Part shown: positions 50,934-63,539 of the stretch, piece after piece
How positions within the stretch are numbered: the stretch's first letter is position 1
Layout: each line of letters begins with the position of its first letter
DNA from: Rhina ancylostomus
Taxonomy: Eukaryota
DNA: 64,000 bases
Assembly (NCBI GenBank): GCA_030265395.1
Contig: JARFYF010000084.1
Coordinates: forward strand, 62,486,507-62,550,506
Direction of reading: 5' to 3'
Notes under the pieces: model-generated
Databases searched by the model: none
Told to the model about the DNA's origin: nothing
Seen by the model: the letters and a program-made list of their open reading frames with translations, nothing else
Made by a program: the position numbers and the translations under genes

Positions 50934-52261
50934 GTAAGACCACCTGATGACATACATTTCATATTCGTGCTGTTAACTAAAAGGAAAATACTCTTGTGAA
51001 TAACAGGATACAAAAAGGGGGTGTGTAATTCCTGCGGAAAGCAAAATTTAAATGTTATCACATGATCTTGAACTCTGGTAGACTAAAAGGGAAGCTTTCT
51101 TTTGCTGTGAAAATAGATTTTCTTTTATGAATACAGGTGGTTAAATCCAAGTTCATTCCCTACAAAACCAGAAGGATTTTAGAGAATGTCTTAAAATGTG
51201 AACAGAATATGAATGTAATTGCTTTTCTAGGCTGCTTTGACCCTTGTTTTTAAGCAAAATGTCCAGGTTGGTTTTCTTATGTCACAGATGACTGATTTAG
51301 CTAAATTTGTCCAATATAAATACAATATTATTGCACTTTTTGGAGCCAGACTTTTGCAGAGGAGATCATTTTATTTGGCTCAATGCAAAGCAACTAACTT
51401 TAACTTGTCATTGAAGAATTTCAAAACTACTTTATTAGATTGCAATGTGGTGTTTTCCCAAAATGTAAGAGCATGAAGTTAACAAGTACATGGCAGGAAG
51501 CAGCTGTTTATAACTTCAAAATAGTGATTCTTGTTTCAAAAAAGTGAATTAAATCTATGGATTTCTGAGTTTTAATTTCATGTGAATGGTTTTTTTCAAA
51601 ATGCTTGTTTTCATTGTATAGTAGTTAGGTGCATGGAAGGTGGAGGATGGAGAATATCAAAAGCTAGGCATTTTGACAAGTTCTGTTGAGAAAGCATTGG
51701 ACTGTTTGCCCTTTAAATCACAACCTTTAATGAGGTTTTATTTTTGTAAATCCAGTAACCACATTGGGCCAATTTTTCTGACAAATTTATGGGAAGTACC
51801 ATGTGGTAAAATTATCTACTGTGGTAGATGGGTGAAGGAGAAGCTGGAGAGGAGAAAGTAGAAGAGACTTCTAAACTGGTCTTCTGACTGATGGAGCTAT
51901 GCATTATTGAACATAGAGGTGGAAAGTGTTTGGCCAAAGGAAATGTGTGGAATGCAAAAATGATTAAAATAGAAAATTATTTATCTGTAAAAAAAAATGT
52001 TTTTCTGTATGTAAATAGAATATTTCACTCCAATGAATTGCTGTGCAATATAAAACATTCAATATGTGACTTAAGTACTGTAGATTAGGTGATGATTTAG
52101 GTTTTTAACAAATTTGGATGAATTTTCCAGATTGTACATTTTTTTAAAAAAAAGTTGCATCTCTTCAGAACTCTTGGATGTCTTTTTTGCTCTAGTCATT
52201 CTTTCAATGTTTAGGAAGATACCTTGACTGAGAAAACACCAAATCAATTAACTCCAAGGTT

Positions 52262-52410
52262 GAAATAAAATACAGAAAATGCATTCAGCTGGTCTGGCAC
52301 AGCTGTGAAAGGCAAATCAGTTAACTTTGGCTGAGGGATCTGAAATGTTTCCAGCATTTTCTGCTTTTTACTTTGGATTTCCAGCACCTGCAGTTTTTTT
52401 GATTTTCATT
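52262..52410. mobile_element. Collapsed fold-back Penelope-derived remnant
   Basis: AAAATACAGAAAATGC..CAGCTGGTCTGGCA left arm versus TTTCCAGCATTTTCTGCTTTT..GATTTCCAGCACCTGCAG right arm; same family as 3043-3322. Confidence 0.45.
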
Positions 52411-53636
52411 TGAAGTTAAAATGTTCACTTTTTAAGCTGTTGTTATGGCCTTTAAGAATATTGTTTGATCTATTATACTCTCTAATATTGCATCACATGC
52501 TAAATTAGTCTGAATTTTGAATTGTTTAGAAGTACTTTGTTTGTAATCCACATATGTCTGTGTCAACATTGAAGAAACAACTGAAAATTTAAATGGTTGA
52601 TTTGGATGACTGGAATTTCTATGCATATGTTTGCGAATCTGAGTTAGCTGTCCACATTAGCAGCCTTGATTGAAAGATGCATCATAATATGAATAATAAA
52701 TCCCTTGACTCAGGCTGCATAATGTTGGTTTCTGAAGTAACTAAAACTATTGACAGCNNNNNNNNNNNNNNNNNNNNNNNNNNNNNNNNNNNNNNNNNNN
52801 NNNNNNNNNNNNNNNNNNNNNNNNNNNNNNNNNNNNNNNNNNNNNNNNNNNNNNNNNAGCTGGCCAATTCTCTTCCCATCCCACTGATGTGACTTTGAAA
52901 CATTTTAGTGAATGCTCCTTGTATTTCTCTTATTGGAATTCTGATTGCCTTTATTTGGAAGGAAAATAACTTTGTCTAATTATCATGTTTGCTTTATATG
53001 CTGCTTTTATGCATTCATATCATCAACAAAAGCTGGTATGCTATCTGTTTTGGAAATTCAGAAGGAAATGTAACACAAGGACCTCTGAAAAATCTGCTTA
53101 TTATTGCTTCAGGAAATGAGTTTTTTTTCTCCCTTTACATCTTTGATTTCCAGTATATTTTCTTGTAACTATGGATTGCATTAGTTCTAAATCCATGGCA
53201 GCATTGTGTGGCTAATGTTTAAAATGTACAGTATCGAGCAGTACTATTTAAATTAAATATGGGAGATTTGGTGCACGTGCTCAAGTAGGACCTAAACAGT
53301 TGTATTCATTATTTTTGTTGATATTGTGGCAAATCTCTTTTCTCAATTGTGGTGTCTTTAAATCAGTGATTAGCCTTTGAAGGTCCTGATGCTGTTATCA
53401 AAACAATTTGTACACCATGCATGATAATGATAAGAATGTTGTAGGATTACAGTTGGTCTGTGTAGTTGTTCTGCAAATGTACACCAAACTAATTTAGGTC
53501 TAGACAATTTGTATTGTGTACGCAAAATGAATTGACTGTAATCTGGTTTAACATCAGCTAAAATCTTTCACAGCAATAACTATACATAATATTGAATTAT
53601 TCTAAATTATCACTTGTTACTTTCCTTGAAGGATAT

Positions 53637-54029
53637 TGTTACAGACTAGGACTATTAGTGAGTGTTCCTTTAAGATTGTGTGTGGCGTGCTTACGTCAAC
53701 AGAAGATAAAGAACGTCATGAGGTTGTTGTTGGAACAGCCAGTCGGGGTCAGTCTGAAGGGGAGAGAGAGAGAGACGGAAGAACAAGAGAGAGAGACACC
53801 AGCCTGCTTGTTTTCTCTATCGATGGATGAGAAACAATAACTGTGACTGTCACTNNNNNNNNNNNNNNNNNNNNNNNNNNNNNNNNNNNNNNNNNNNNNN
53901 NNNNNNNNNNNNNNNNNNNNNNNNNNNNNNNNNNNNNNNNNNNNNNNNNNNNNNAAGTAGTTATTAATAAAGTAGATTTTAACACTTATACATGTCTCGG
54001 TGTGTTTCTGTTGTTGCTGGTACGTAACA
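53637..54029 (+). mobile_element. LTR (solo or collapsed; Gypsy/ERV-type) with 4-bp TSD ATAT in AHR intron 2
   Basis: TGTTAC...GTAACA termini. ATAT at 53633-53636 and 54030-54033. AATAAA at 53966-53971. CpGs retained. Internal 100-N gap. Confidence 0.85.
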
Positions 54030-54559
54030 ATATACATCAGGTGATTTCACAGAAATGAAATTAGTTGTGTTTTCTAATTATAGAAAATATTCAGTACTAC
54101 ATCAGAAATATGCATTTATTATGGTGTCAATATTTCTGTGCTTGTAGATAATTTTAGGTAATACCACATTATGGAGGAATCCTGACTGCTTACTGAATTG
54201 CTACTGATGTACAGAGTAAATCAAGTGCACTTGAATAATTAGTTGCAAGGCTTGTTTGTCCTTTATGAAGGTCATTGTGTTAGCATGAAGAGACCTCACC
54301 TGATTGCTGTGTGCAGTGAGAACCTAGCTAGCTGGTAAAAGTTGTGATCAAATCCAGCTGCTTCCTTTATTTTTCAGAAAATAAAATGGATGTGTTGTCT
54401 TGTGCAAAACTTGCTTTTGTCTCTTGTTCTATGTATGTGCTGGAGCTTAATGAAGAGGTTGTGTCTGAGAGAGATTTGGGATAATCAATTTCTGCTTGCC
54501 ATTGCTAGTCACAGTTTTGTGTGTGCATTCAGTAACTGATGCAAATCTTATTAATTGTG

Positions 54560-55370
54560 AACATTTTCTGATGTCCTGTTAGAACAACAGCAATTTGTTT
54601 GAAATAGTCCCCATGGCAAAACTTGCCAAGGCCTTTCATTGGAGTATTATCAAACAAACTTTGACACTGAGCCAGTGTTGGCAGATGAGCAAAAGCTTGG
54701 TCAGAGTGGTACATTTAGGAGGAGCCTGGAAGTATAGTTGGTGGTGCAATGATTAAATCTGGCATGAATAAGAGGGCAGAAGTGGAGGATTAAAGACTTC
54801 TAATAGAGTCTAATAGTTGCAAAGGCAGACAGAAACAACGATGAGAAAGCATTTGAAAACAGTTGTGAAAAAGTTAATGTTGAGATGTTGCTGGAAGTTA
54901 TTGTAGGTCAACATTTGTGAATGAGCAGGACTTAGTGAGAGTTAGGATATGGGCAGCTGCATTTAATATAATCTCGATGAGTGTGAAAGGAGTGCACAGG
55001 AATAGTAATCTAGAGTTAACAAGAAGAGTTGATAGTTTCAACAGCTCTTGAGCAGAACCGTGGGTGGACCCATGCACTTTTCCAGGGATTGGCAGCATGC
55101 ATATGTAGTCCAAAGCTCAGCTTGATGTTGGATACAACAACAAGATCTGCCTGTTTTGGACAGTTGCAGAGGTGTGGGACTGACTTGATAGCTGGGGAAT
55201 AGAACTTGTAGCAGGAATCAAAGAGGTCTCAATGTGTAATTGAACATTTTTTTGCTTACCTAATACTGGATATGGGACAAGCTGTGTGAAAATTTGGACA
55301 CTGAAAATGGTTCAAGAAAAATGGTGTTGAGAAGAAACTGGAAATTATCTGGATATTTTTGTTACCTGTG
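54560..55370 (-). mobile_element. L2-like LINE 3' remnant
   Basis: AAACTTTGACACTGAGCCA...AAAAGCTTGGTCAGAG segment and the minus-strand reading LIEIILNAAAHILTLTKSCS. Confidence 0.6.
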
Positions 55371-55399
55371 ACCGAGGACATTTCCAACCAACCAACACC

Positions 55400-56060
55400 A
55401 GTGAAACCTCTGAAGTTCTCTACCTTGGAAAGTTGTGGATACTAGATGATTTGGGAAGAGGAAGTAGATACATTTTTGAAAGATGAGGAAATTGAGGGCT
55501 ATGAGAAACTGACACTGGAGAAGAGATGAGGCCTGGGGTATATCAGCTATGATCATATTGACTGGCTTTGGGGGTTGAGTTACCTACTTCTGTTCCTATT
55601 TTCTCATGTTCTTATTGTGTAAAGTAATGGATGGGATAAGCATAGTAGAAGAGGAAGTATTAAGAGTTTAACATTTTTGAGGGAGTAACAAAGAAAGTCA
55701 ATGAGATCTGAAATAAGGACAGCGAGACACAGAATGTAAGAGCATTGAAGTTATGCAGGAACAATATCCAACACTAGCTAGACCATAGCTTAAGTACTGC
55801 ATACCGTTCTGGTCACCCTACAGGAGATTGTGATTGTATTACAGAGGGTACAACTGCAATTTTTGAAGATGTTGCCGAGACTGGAAAGTCATGGCTGTGA
55901 GGAAAGATTGAATAAGCTAGTGTTATTTTCTTTGGGACAGAGCTGAGTAGAGACTTAATTGAGGTAAATAAGATTATAAAGGGCCTAGATAGAATGTGAT
56001 AGAAGGGGTCAAAAACCCAGAAGCAAAAACTTAAAGTAATTGGGAGAAGATTATTGGGGA
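55400..56060 (+). mobile_element. CR1 3' fragments
   Basis: TLARP*LKYCIPFWSP and DLIEVNKIIKGLDR motifs; tail at ~55540-55610. Confidence 0.6.
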
Positions 56061-57264
56061 AGTTTTGGGCCACAGTCTATCTCCCATCCCACTCTTCACC
56101 CTGATCCCTCTCCCTGTCTCACCTTGACTTCTGACTCATTGTCTCCTTCCCTCAACGTCCACTCCCATCTCTCTCTGCTTCACACTGCCCTGACTTCTAG
56201 TCCCTCTCCTATCCCTCCTCAACCTCCCCCTACCTTCTTTTGTAACCTTCTGATTTCCTGGTCTGCCAATGATGCTTCCTGGGATGAGAGCAGAACTTGT
56301 AGGAGTTCATTAATTTTTTTCTGTAGGGCATTCAGAAAACTTTTTTTGTGACCTTATGGGAACTCCAGGCCCCAGCTATGACGTGTAATTTGTTTTGAAT
56401 CTGATCTTTATACTGGGGTTTCAAAAGTGAGACTTGAGATATTAATCTATTAGTAATGCTGTGGCTAATTGTCTGATTCTGAGGGCAGAGTGCCAGACTA
56501 GGTGGTTTTCCTTTTCAGACACTTTACTTCCTGAAAGCTTTTTCTGGTGGTGCCCTTCAGACTTGATTGTATGATTTTTGTGAAGGTCAATTATTTGATA
56601 AAGTAAATTAAATCACTGAAAACAATATGATCCTTAGACTATTCTTGCAGTGAGCTAGTTATGGGTTTTCTGCCGTTTTAAGAGGGTAAGTATAGTTGAT
56701 TCCAGAGGAAGCCAAAACTAAAACAATTCCCCTCCCACACCCCCCCCCCCACCACCCTTTTTATNNNNNNNNNNNNNNNNNNNNNNNNNNNNNNNNNNNN
56801 NNNNNNNNNNNNNNNNNNNNNNNNNNNNNNNNNNNNNNNNNNNNNNNNNNNNNNNNNNNNNNNNACCAAAAAATAAAAAAAATCCCCTCCCAAACCCCCC
56901 CCCCCACCACCCTTTTTATTTAAGTTTGCTGACAGTGTGTGATTTTGAAATTTTAGGTTTGTGGGACATAATTAAGAATACATGGAAAATATTTCTGGAA
57001 AAAATATTTTTATAGAGCATCTTTGCCTTCCCTGTCCTTAAATATGATGGCTGCAATACATTATTGTACTCTGCCTTCTGTCCCCCAGTCCACATATTAC
57101 AATCTTCACCTACTTCATTCTTTCAAATCAAAACTAGCTTAACTCGACTTGAAGCAGAAAAAAATCTTAGTTTCAAGTTACTCATATTTGCTGCTGTTAG
57201 CTGGCAACGTTTAAATGCTAATTTAAGATGCTGACTTCATTTCGCATCTGGAGGTGATCCAACA

Positions 57265-57610
57265 AAGTTGGCACTGCTGTTATCATCTCCAGGCACCCAG
57301 GCTCAATCCTGACATGAGGGGCTGCCTGTATGGTTTTGCCAGGTACTCTGATTTCCTCTTGCATCCCAAAGATTTGTTGGTGAGTTAATTAACGTTGTAA
57401 AGAATCCCTTGATGACAATAAATGGCAAAAGAAAAACAATCAAGGGGGTTGGTGGGGTGGGGGGGGTGTTCATTAACTTGTGAAAGAATAAGTTGCAGGG
57501 CCACAGGGAAATGAGTGTGGGTAGGTGGTGGTGGCGGCAGGGGAGGGTGGAATCAGGCAGTTAAAATCAGGTAGTTGCCAATGGGCTGATGGCCTCCTGC
57601 ATTGTCATAA
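57265..57610 (+). mobile_element. Degraded SINE
   Basis: GGCTCAATCCTGAC...CCAGGTACTCTGATTTCCTCTTGCATCCCAAAGAT, matching the SINE at 36615. Confidence 0.6.
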
Positions 57611-59220
57611 TAAGTGAGTGAGTGATCAGTGATGACTAAGCCTTCTAAACATTTGGGATGAGTATCTCCAGATTTTCCCTGTGTTCATGTCGCTACTATA
57701 AACAGGAATTACACCATTGTTGCTCCTTAGGAGATGCAAAGAAGAAGATTGACTTCAAACTGCTTGCATCTTNNNNNNNNNNNNNNNNNNNNNNNNNNNN
57801 NNNNNNNNNNNNNNNNNNNNNNNNNNNNNNNNNNNNNNNNNNNNNNNNNNNNNNNNNNNNNNNNNNNNNNNNACTGCTTGCATCTTTCCTTTGTAGAGTA
57901 GTTGACATTAAGAATATGATGGATTTTGAATTAAGTGTTCTCCTTAATACTTTTGGCAGAACTCATTCACCATTTTGCCCCTGTGTTAGTGAGTACAGAT
58001 TTATAATTTTTTTTTTGGGGTGTTACTTAAAATGTTCCAAACGCAAGCCATTCAGCAAACTGTAGGCCGTTCGGATTTTATCCCCAGTCCATGGGACGTT
58101 GTTGATCTGAGAAGAGCAACATTTGGGAGTGCGGCAAAGAACTGTAATGAGGAATTGCAGCCAAAGTAGCTGCTATAACTAATGTCCATCTGCAGATTCA
58201 GTTGGTATTTCTTATCCACAGCTAGGCCAGTTGTATTTAAAAGCCATTACTTGTGGGATCATAAATAATTTAGCTGTTTGTAGAGAGGTTCAAAGATAGT
58301 TTGGGCTTGTGGTTGGTGTGGAGGGGCCAGTTAGTGAGAGAGGGTTTTGAATGATAGGTCAACAACTGATTAAATCGGAAGCTGTATAAAATGTATTTGT
58401 GCATCTGACTCAGTGAACACCTTTTGTATGTAGATTACTAAAAATAGCACTGATATTTAAAGGGAGAAAATGCCTTGAAGCTGTCAAAGAAGGATGTGTA
58501 TTTTTTTAAGAAAATAAGCCTGACATAACTAACCATCACTTGACTATTAAGCTACTGAACTTTTTAAAATGTATAATTCCCTCTTGCATCTTTTAATACT
58601 TTGTCAACTTTACTCATTTCTACAAAAATATGAGCATGTTACATTTTTATTTGGGACGTTAACAGTTCACATAAGATCATTGAAGTTAAAAGATGCGTGT
58701 GGAAGTTATGATCATAGAAGCACATCAAATAACTTGTAGGTTTTTTAAAAAAAACTTCAAAACTCCATTCTGTTCTTTAAAAGAAGAGGAAGTATAATAT
58801 TTGAACTTCTTTAATATCAGAATGTTTCCTCCTTGTATTCTGGAATAGTTCAATTGATGAGTGTAAATATTTAAAATTTGTGTCCAATAACTTGCAAACT
58901 TTAGTATGTGAGCTAAGACTGTTTGTATCGTCTCATAGGGTTGTTGTTTCCGGAAGTAGGGAGTTTTATCATCAAGTTGTATGTTGAGCAGTATTTACAT
59001 GAGACAGGAAACTGCTTTTTATGTGCCAGAAACCAGTGAGCCATTGTCCTGTGACTCCTATGTTGCTGTTTATCTAATACAGCTCTTGGGAAGGGGTTCT
59101 GGACTATAAAACGGTTATTGAACCTCTAATGTATTGGAAGGAAAGTGAAAGCTGAGTATTATTCCATATTTTCTTACAACAGAGAAGAAATTACTAATTT
59201 TCCCTGTAACACATCCTATC

Positions 59221-59604
59221 TGTGAGAGATGAGTTTGATTAAACTGCCAGAGCCCTGGGAGTTAACTTGTAGCAGACATATATAAAACAGGATAAGACAG
59301 CTGTAGGCAGAGACAGCAAGATAGCTGCTTGCATGAACCAAAAAGTGNNNNNNNNNNNNNNNNNNNNNNNNNNNNNNNNNNNNNNNNNNNNNNNNNNNNN
59401 NNNNNNNNNNNNNNNNNNNNNNNNNNNNNNNNNNNNNNNNNNNNNNNTTAACTTTGCTGTGTATAAAGGGAGGGGATTCCCCTTGCCTCGGTGTGTCTCA
59501 AGGGGGAGAGGCACCCAACTCTGCGGACTCGTAAATAAACTGTTTTCTTGTTTCCACGACTTTGTCTCTGACATGGTGATTGTGAGCATGGATTATATCT
59601 CACA
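59221..59604 (+). mobile_element. LTR (solo or collapsed) with 5-bp TSD CTATC in AHR intron 2, next to or within a SINE
   Basis: TGTGAGA...TCTCACA termini. CTATC at 59216-59220 and 59605-59609. TATAAA at 59462 and AATAAA at 59534. Internal 100-N gap. Confidence 0.87.
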
Positions 59605-59609
59605 CTATC

Positions 59610-59815
59610 CACATTAATTCCACCACCTAACAACACTAGGAATGATTTCTAATGGCCAATTAACCTATCAACCCATGTGTCCTTGGGACGTTGGAGGAAA
59701 CTGGATCACCCAGGGAAATCCACATGATCTGAGTGAGATCCTGTAAACTCCATATAGACAGCATGGGAAGTTGAGATTGAACCTGGCTCATTGGAGCTTT
59801 GAGTCACTGTGCCAC
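59610..59815 (-). mobile_element. SINE (V-SINE-like)
   Basis: GGCCAATTAACCTATCAACC...TTGGGACGTTGGAGGAAACTGGATCACCCAGGGAAATCCAC...GATTGAACC. Confidence 0.7.
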
Positions 59816-61769
59816 TTTTGGATATCTAATTTCTATTTGAGCAGTAACAACAGCCTAAACACATTTTAATAGTTTGATTCAAAAATCCATTCAGAAATTA
59901 ATTGGCAGTCAGTTCTTTGAACAATGTTTCTCAAAGTCTTTAGTGTGGATGTGGCAGGATCACAATTCAACCCACTGAATAATTGAGTTGGGTTTAATGT
60001 TTGTGGGGGATTTCAGTGATTGCGGTATTAACTGTCCTATTCTACTCCCTCAATATCCTGCAGCAACCACATCTCCCACCCCCCAGCGAAATGAGCATGA
60101 CTTTAGACTTGCGCACTGCCAGTCTTGACCTTTGCAACACAGAGTCTATGTAATATTGTTTTCCATTTTGCTGCTGTTCTCTTTTAAAGATATGTTGGTT
60201 GGCTGCCCATCATCTAGTCTCTCCGTGACTTGAGCTGGCATTGTTTTGCACTCTTCTCACAAAAAAAAATTAGATCCAGCACTCAGGTGATTCAGGTCTC
60301 CTATTTCCCACATATATTACCGTGACCTGACTGGCATAATTTAGAGTGAAGGAATGAGATTTGCATTGGTCAGGCACATAACATTTTCCTTAGGTGTCCA
60401 AGGAGAATTTTAATAAAGTGGAAAACACAAATAGATATTTCTGGCTGTTGATTTGACTGACACCTATCTCGCTCCCATGCCTTTTTTGTTCAGGCTTCCT
60501 TTTTTCCATTTTGACATGTCTGAGGAGTAGACATTGTTATGCACATAAAAACAAAGGGTGAAATCTCACTAGCTTGGCCCTTCGAGACTGCTTTTATGCT
60601 GTAATGATATAATTACTGCACTCTCTGACTCCCAGCTGCCTCCCAGTCAACTATCACCCACACAATCTCCTGGGAAAGACAACATTAAAAACAGAAAAAC
60701 CCAATCCAATTTAGGAATGAATCTCTTGGAAATGAATCTCTTGGAATTTCAACTTGGATGCTCCTTTCCAGCTTCTTAATGCTTGTAGAAAATTTGCAAT
60801 TACTTCACAGTATTGGAATTTGTCTTTTTCACAGTGCACACACATTACTGGCATTTACTGCCCATCCCCAATACACAGGCCAAATCAGGAAAGATTGCAC
60901 ATTTCCTCCTCTCCTTGGGCCTTTCCTTCATTTTTGAAATTGCCTTCAACTCAAAACAAAAACATTGATATCTGGTCCCCTATGCATCATATAACTAGCT
61001 TTCTTGATTTAAATTGCTGTAACCACTGCCCTTCATGACTTTGACTACCAAGTCACTAAGCTCCACAATTCCCCTCCTAAACTCTGAGCTTCTCTACTGC
61101 TTTTCCTCTTTTTTTTATATGGCATCATTAAAACATCATCTGAAGATCTTTAGTGAACCAGATGGATTTCCACAGAATGGTTTTGCGGTTATTGTGAGTG
61201 AGAAGAAAAATCCAGATTTATTGCATTACTTGAATTTTTAAATTTTCCCATGATGGGATTCTAACTTGTGTGTCACGATCAATGCATCAGAACTTTTCTG
61301 CTGCTCCAGTAACAATCATTATATTACAAAACCCTATAGAGCTATTTTCTTGAAGGTCAGTGAATCTTTGCAAAAAGAAATGCTTCCTAACATACAAGCT
61401 AGTGCTGTGCATATGTAACATACTCATTTACTAATCCTTCCTAATTTATGTAGCTCAAATAACTCATCCATGTAAATTAAGTTTTTAATGTTTTCATTAT
61501 TTTAAAAGCCTCCATACTTTTCTAAATTTTCCAACTCTTGCAGCTTAATCTCATATCTGAGGGTTGGTGTCGTAGCTATAAATATAATGTACCTTTTTCT
61601 GAGTCAGTTCCAATGCTTCTGTCATTAATTTGGATCACCAAACCTGAGGACTCTATTCCAGCTGAGGCAGAATGGTATTTGAATGCAAGACATCCTAAAA
61701 TTCTGTCATCTCGTTTTGTACCACTGGTCACAGAACTGTTTTTTAAAAACAATACACACTTGCCTGAAA

Positions 61770-62527
61770 TAGGAAGACCACGGCAAATGGGACTTTAACA
61801 CCATGCCTGGTGCCGTGCTCCAGCGGGCAAGGAGAAATGCAGTGGTTATTGGGGATTCCATAGTGAGGGGAACAGACAGGAGATTCTGTGAGCCCGACAA
61901 GGATACCTAGATGGTATGTTGCCTCCCTGATGTCAGGGTATGGGGTGTCTCAGATCGGGTCCAAAATATTCTGAGGGGAGAGGGTGATCAGCCAGAAGTC
62001 CTGATACATGTTGGTACCAGTGACATAGATAGAAAAAGAGAGGAAGTCCTAAAGGAAGATTACGAGGATGTAGGAATAAGGTTGAGAAGCAGGACCTCCA
62101 GGGTAGTAATCTCAGGATTATTACCTGGGCCATGTGCTAATGAAGGTAAGAGTAGCAGGATCAGGCTGACGAATGCATGGCTGAGTAACTGGTGCAGGGG
62201 GCAGGGCTTCAAATTCTTGGATCATTGGGACCTTTCTTGGGGGAGGTATGACCTATTCAAAAAGNNNNNNNNNNNNNNNNNNNNNNNNNNNNNNNNNNNN
62301 NNNNNNNNNNNNNNNNNNNNNNNNNNNNNNNNNNNNNNNNNNNNNNNNNNNNNNNNNNNNNNNNCCAATCATTGGGGGTGTTTAAGGAGGAGATTGATAG
62401 GTATCTAATTAGTCAAGGGATATGGGGAAAAGGCTGCAAATTGGGACTAGATGGGAATAGTTTAGTTTAGCTTATGGAGCAGGCTCGATGGGCCGAATGG
62501 CCTAATTCTGCTCCTTTGTCTTGTGAT
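61770..62527 (+). mobile_element. CR1 LINE: ORF1 SGNH/esterase domain, gap, then 3' tail
   Basis: AVVIGDSIVRGTDRRFC..MVCCLPDVRV..HVGTSDI..RVVISGLLP..NAWLSNWCRGQGFKFLDHWD. The CR1 tail follows directly after the 100-N gap. Confidence 0.85.
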
Positions 62528-63539
62528 AACACTAAATGTATCTCTTGACAAGTCTAAGATAAGGGCCTGTTTTATCCATTTCACTAAGACTGTGTTATTT
62601 TCAAAAAGTCTTGGATTATTATAAATCTATGCACATACCTATTTAATTTGTCAGTTTGTGAACAGATTTTTTCCCCAGCTGTTCTGAGGCCATTTGAATA
62701 TTTTTTTCACCAGTCAAATTGACCTTCATCTTTTACCTCATGAAGAATTAAATTAAGTGGAAACCTTCCTGGCTATTCAGTGAAATAGGTTGGACAGATT
62801 CTCATGTTGTAAGACTCAAGAAAATCGACAAAATCTTTTCTAAGATGTTAAGGAATAATTTCATAAGACCTAAGATGTAGGTTATTAATGAATTTCTGCC
62901 ACAGGCTAATTATTTTTGCCACTGAAACTGATGTGATTAGTGCTTTTTATCTTTCAATAATTTCCATTTGACTAAATAATATGAAATGTGTTTATGGTTT
63001 GGGGTTCTGTTTGCTCAAATTGAGATACTGCTTCACGGTTATATTGCAAATTACCACTTAATTGACGTTAAGCAAATCAAACATAGCTGGTTTTAATTTG
63101 TACATGTATATTAAAAGACTGTGTACCATTTACTGAAGACTGTAGTGGATTCTTTTCAAATGTAAACTTCGTGATTACCTTAAACTTTATCAACGAAATA
63201 TTTTCTTGGTTGTCATGTAACATATGTTTTAAACAAACTTTATAACAAGTTGTTTCAAGTGAGAAACATTTTGAAAATGTTCCTGTATTGAATATTGGAG
63301 CTTGGTTTGTTGTGGTTAGACAATGCACAATATCTGGCATTAGACTGGTTCTTGCATATTTAGGTGTTTTTTCCAGAGTTTAGCATGTAAAACTGGAAGT
63401 TCAGGTTCCATTGAAGGAAATTGGGCCTCCAGAGCTAGACTGAACAGGGTAAGCAGCAGTGTATCGTGAAACAAAGCACAATTAAGATAAGAAAGTGAAT
63501 TCACCCAAATCTAATTTACAATCTCAACTCTGCTTAATA

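Noticed and set aside
61911-62408. SGNH hydrolase-like ORF as a cellular esterase
   Set aside because: It is the CR1 ORF1 esterase domain: there is an in-frame stop just upstream, other decayed copies at 46.9 and 63.6 kb, and a CR1 tail downstream.
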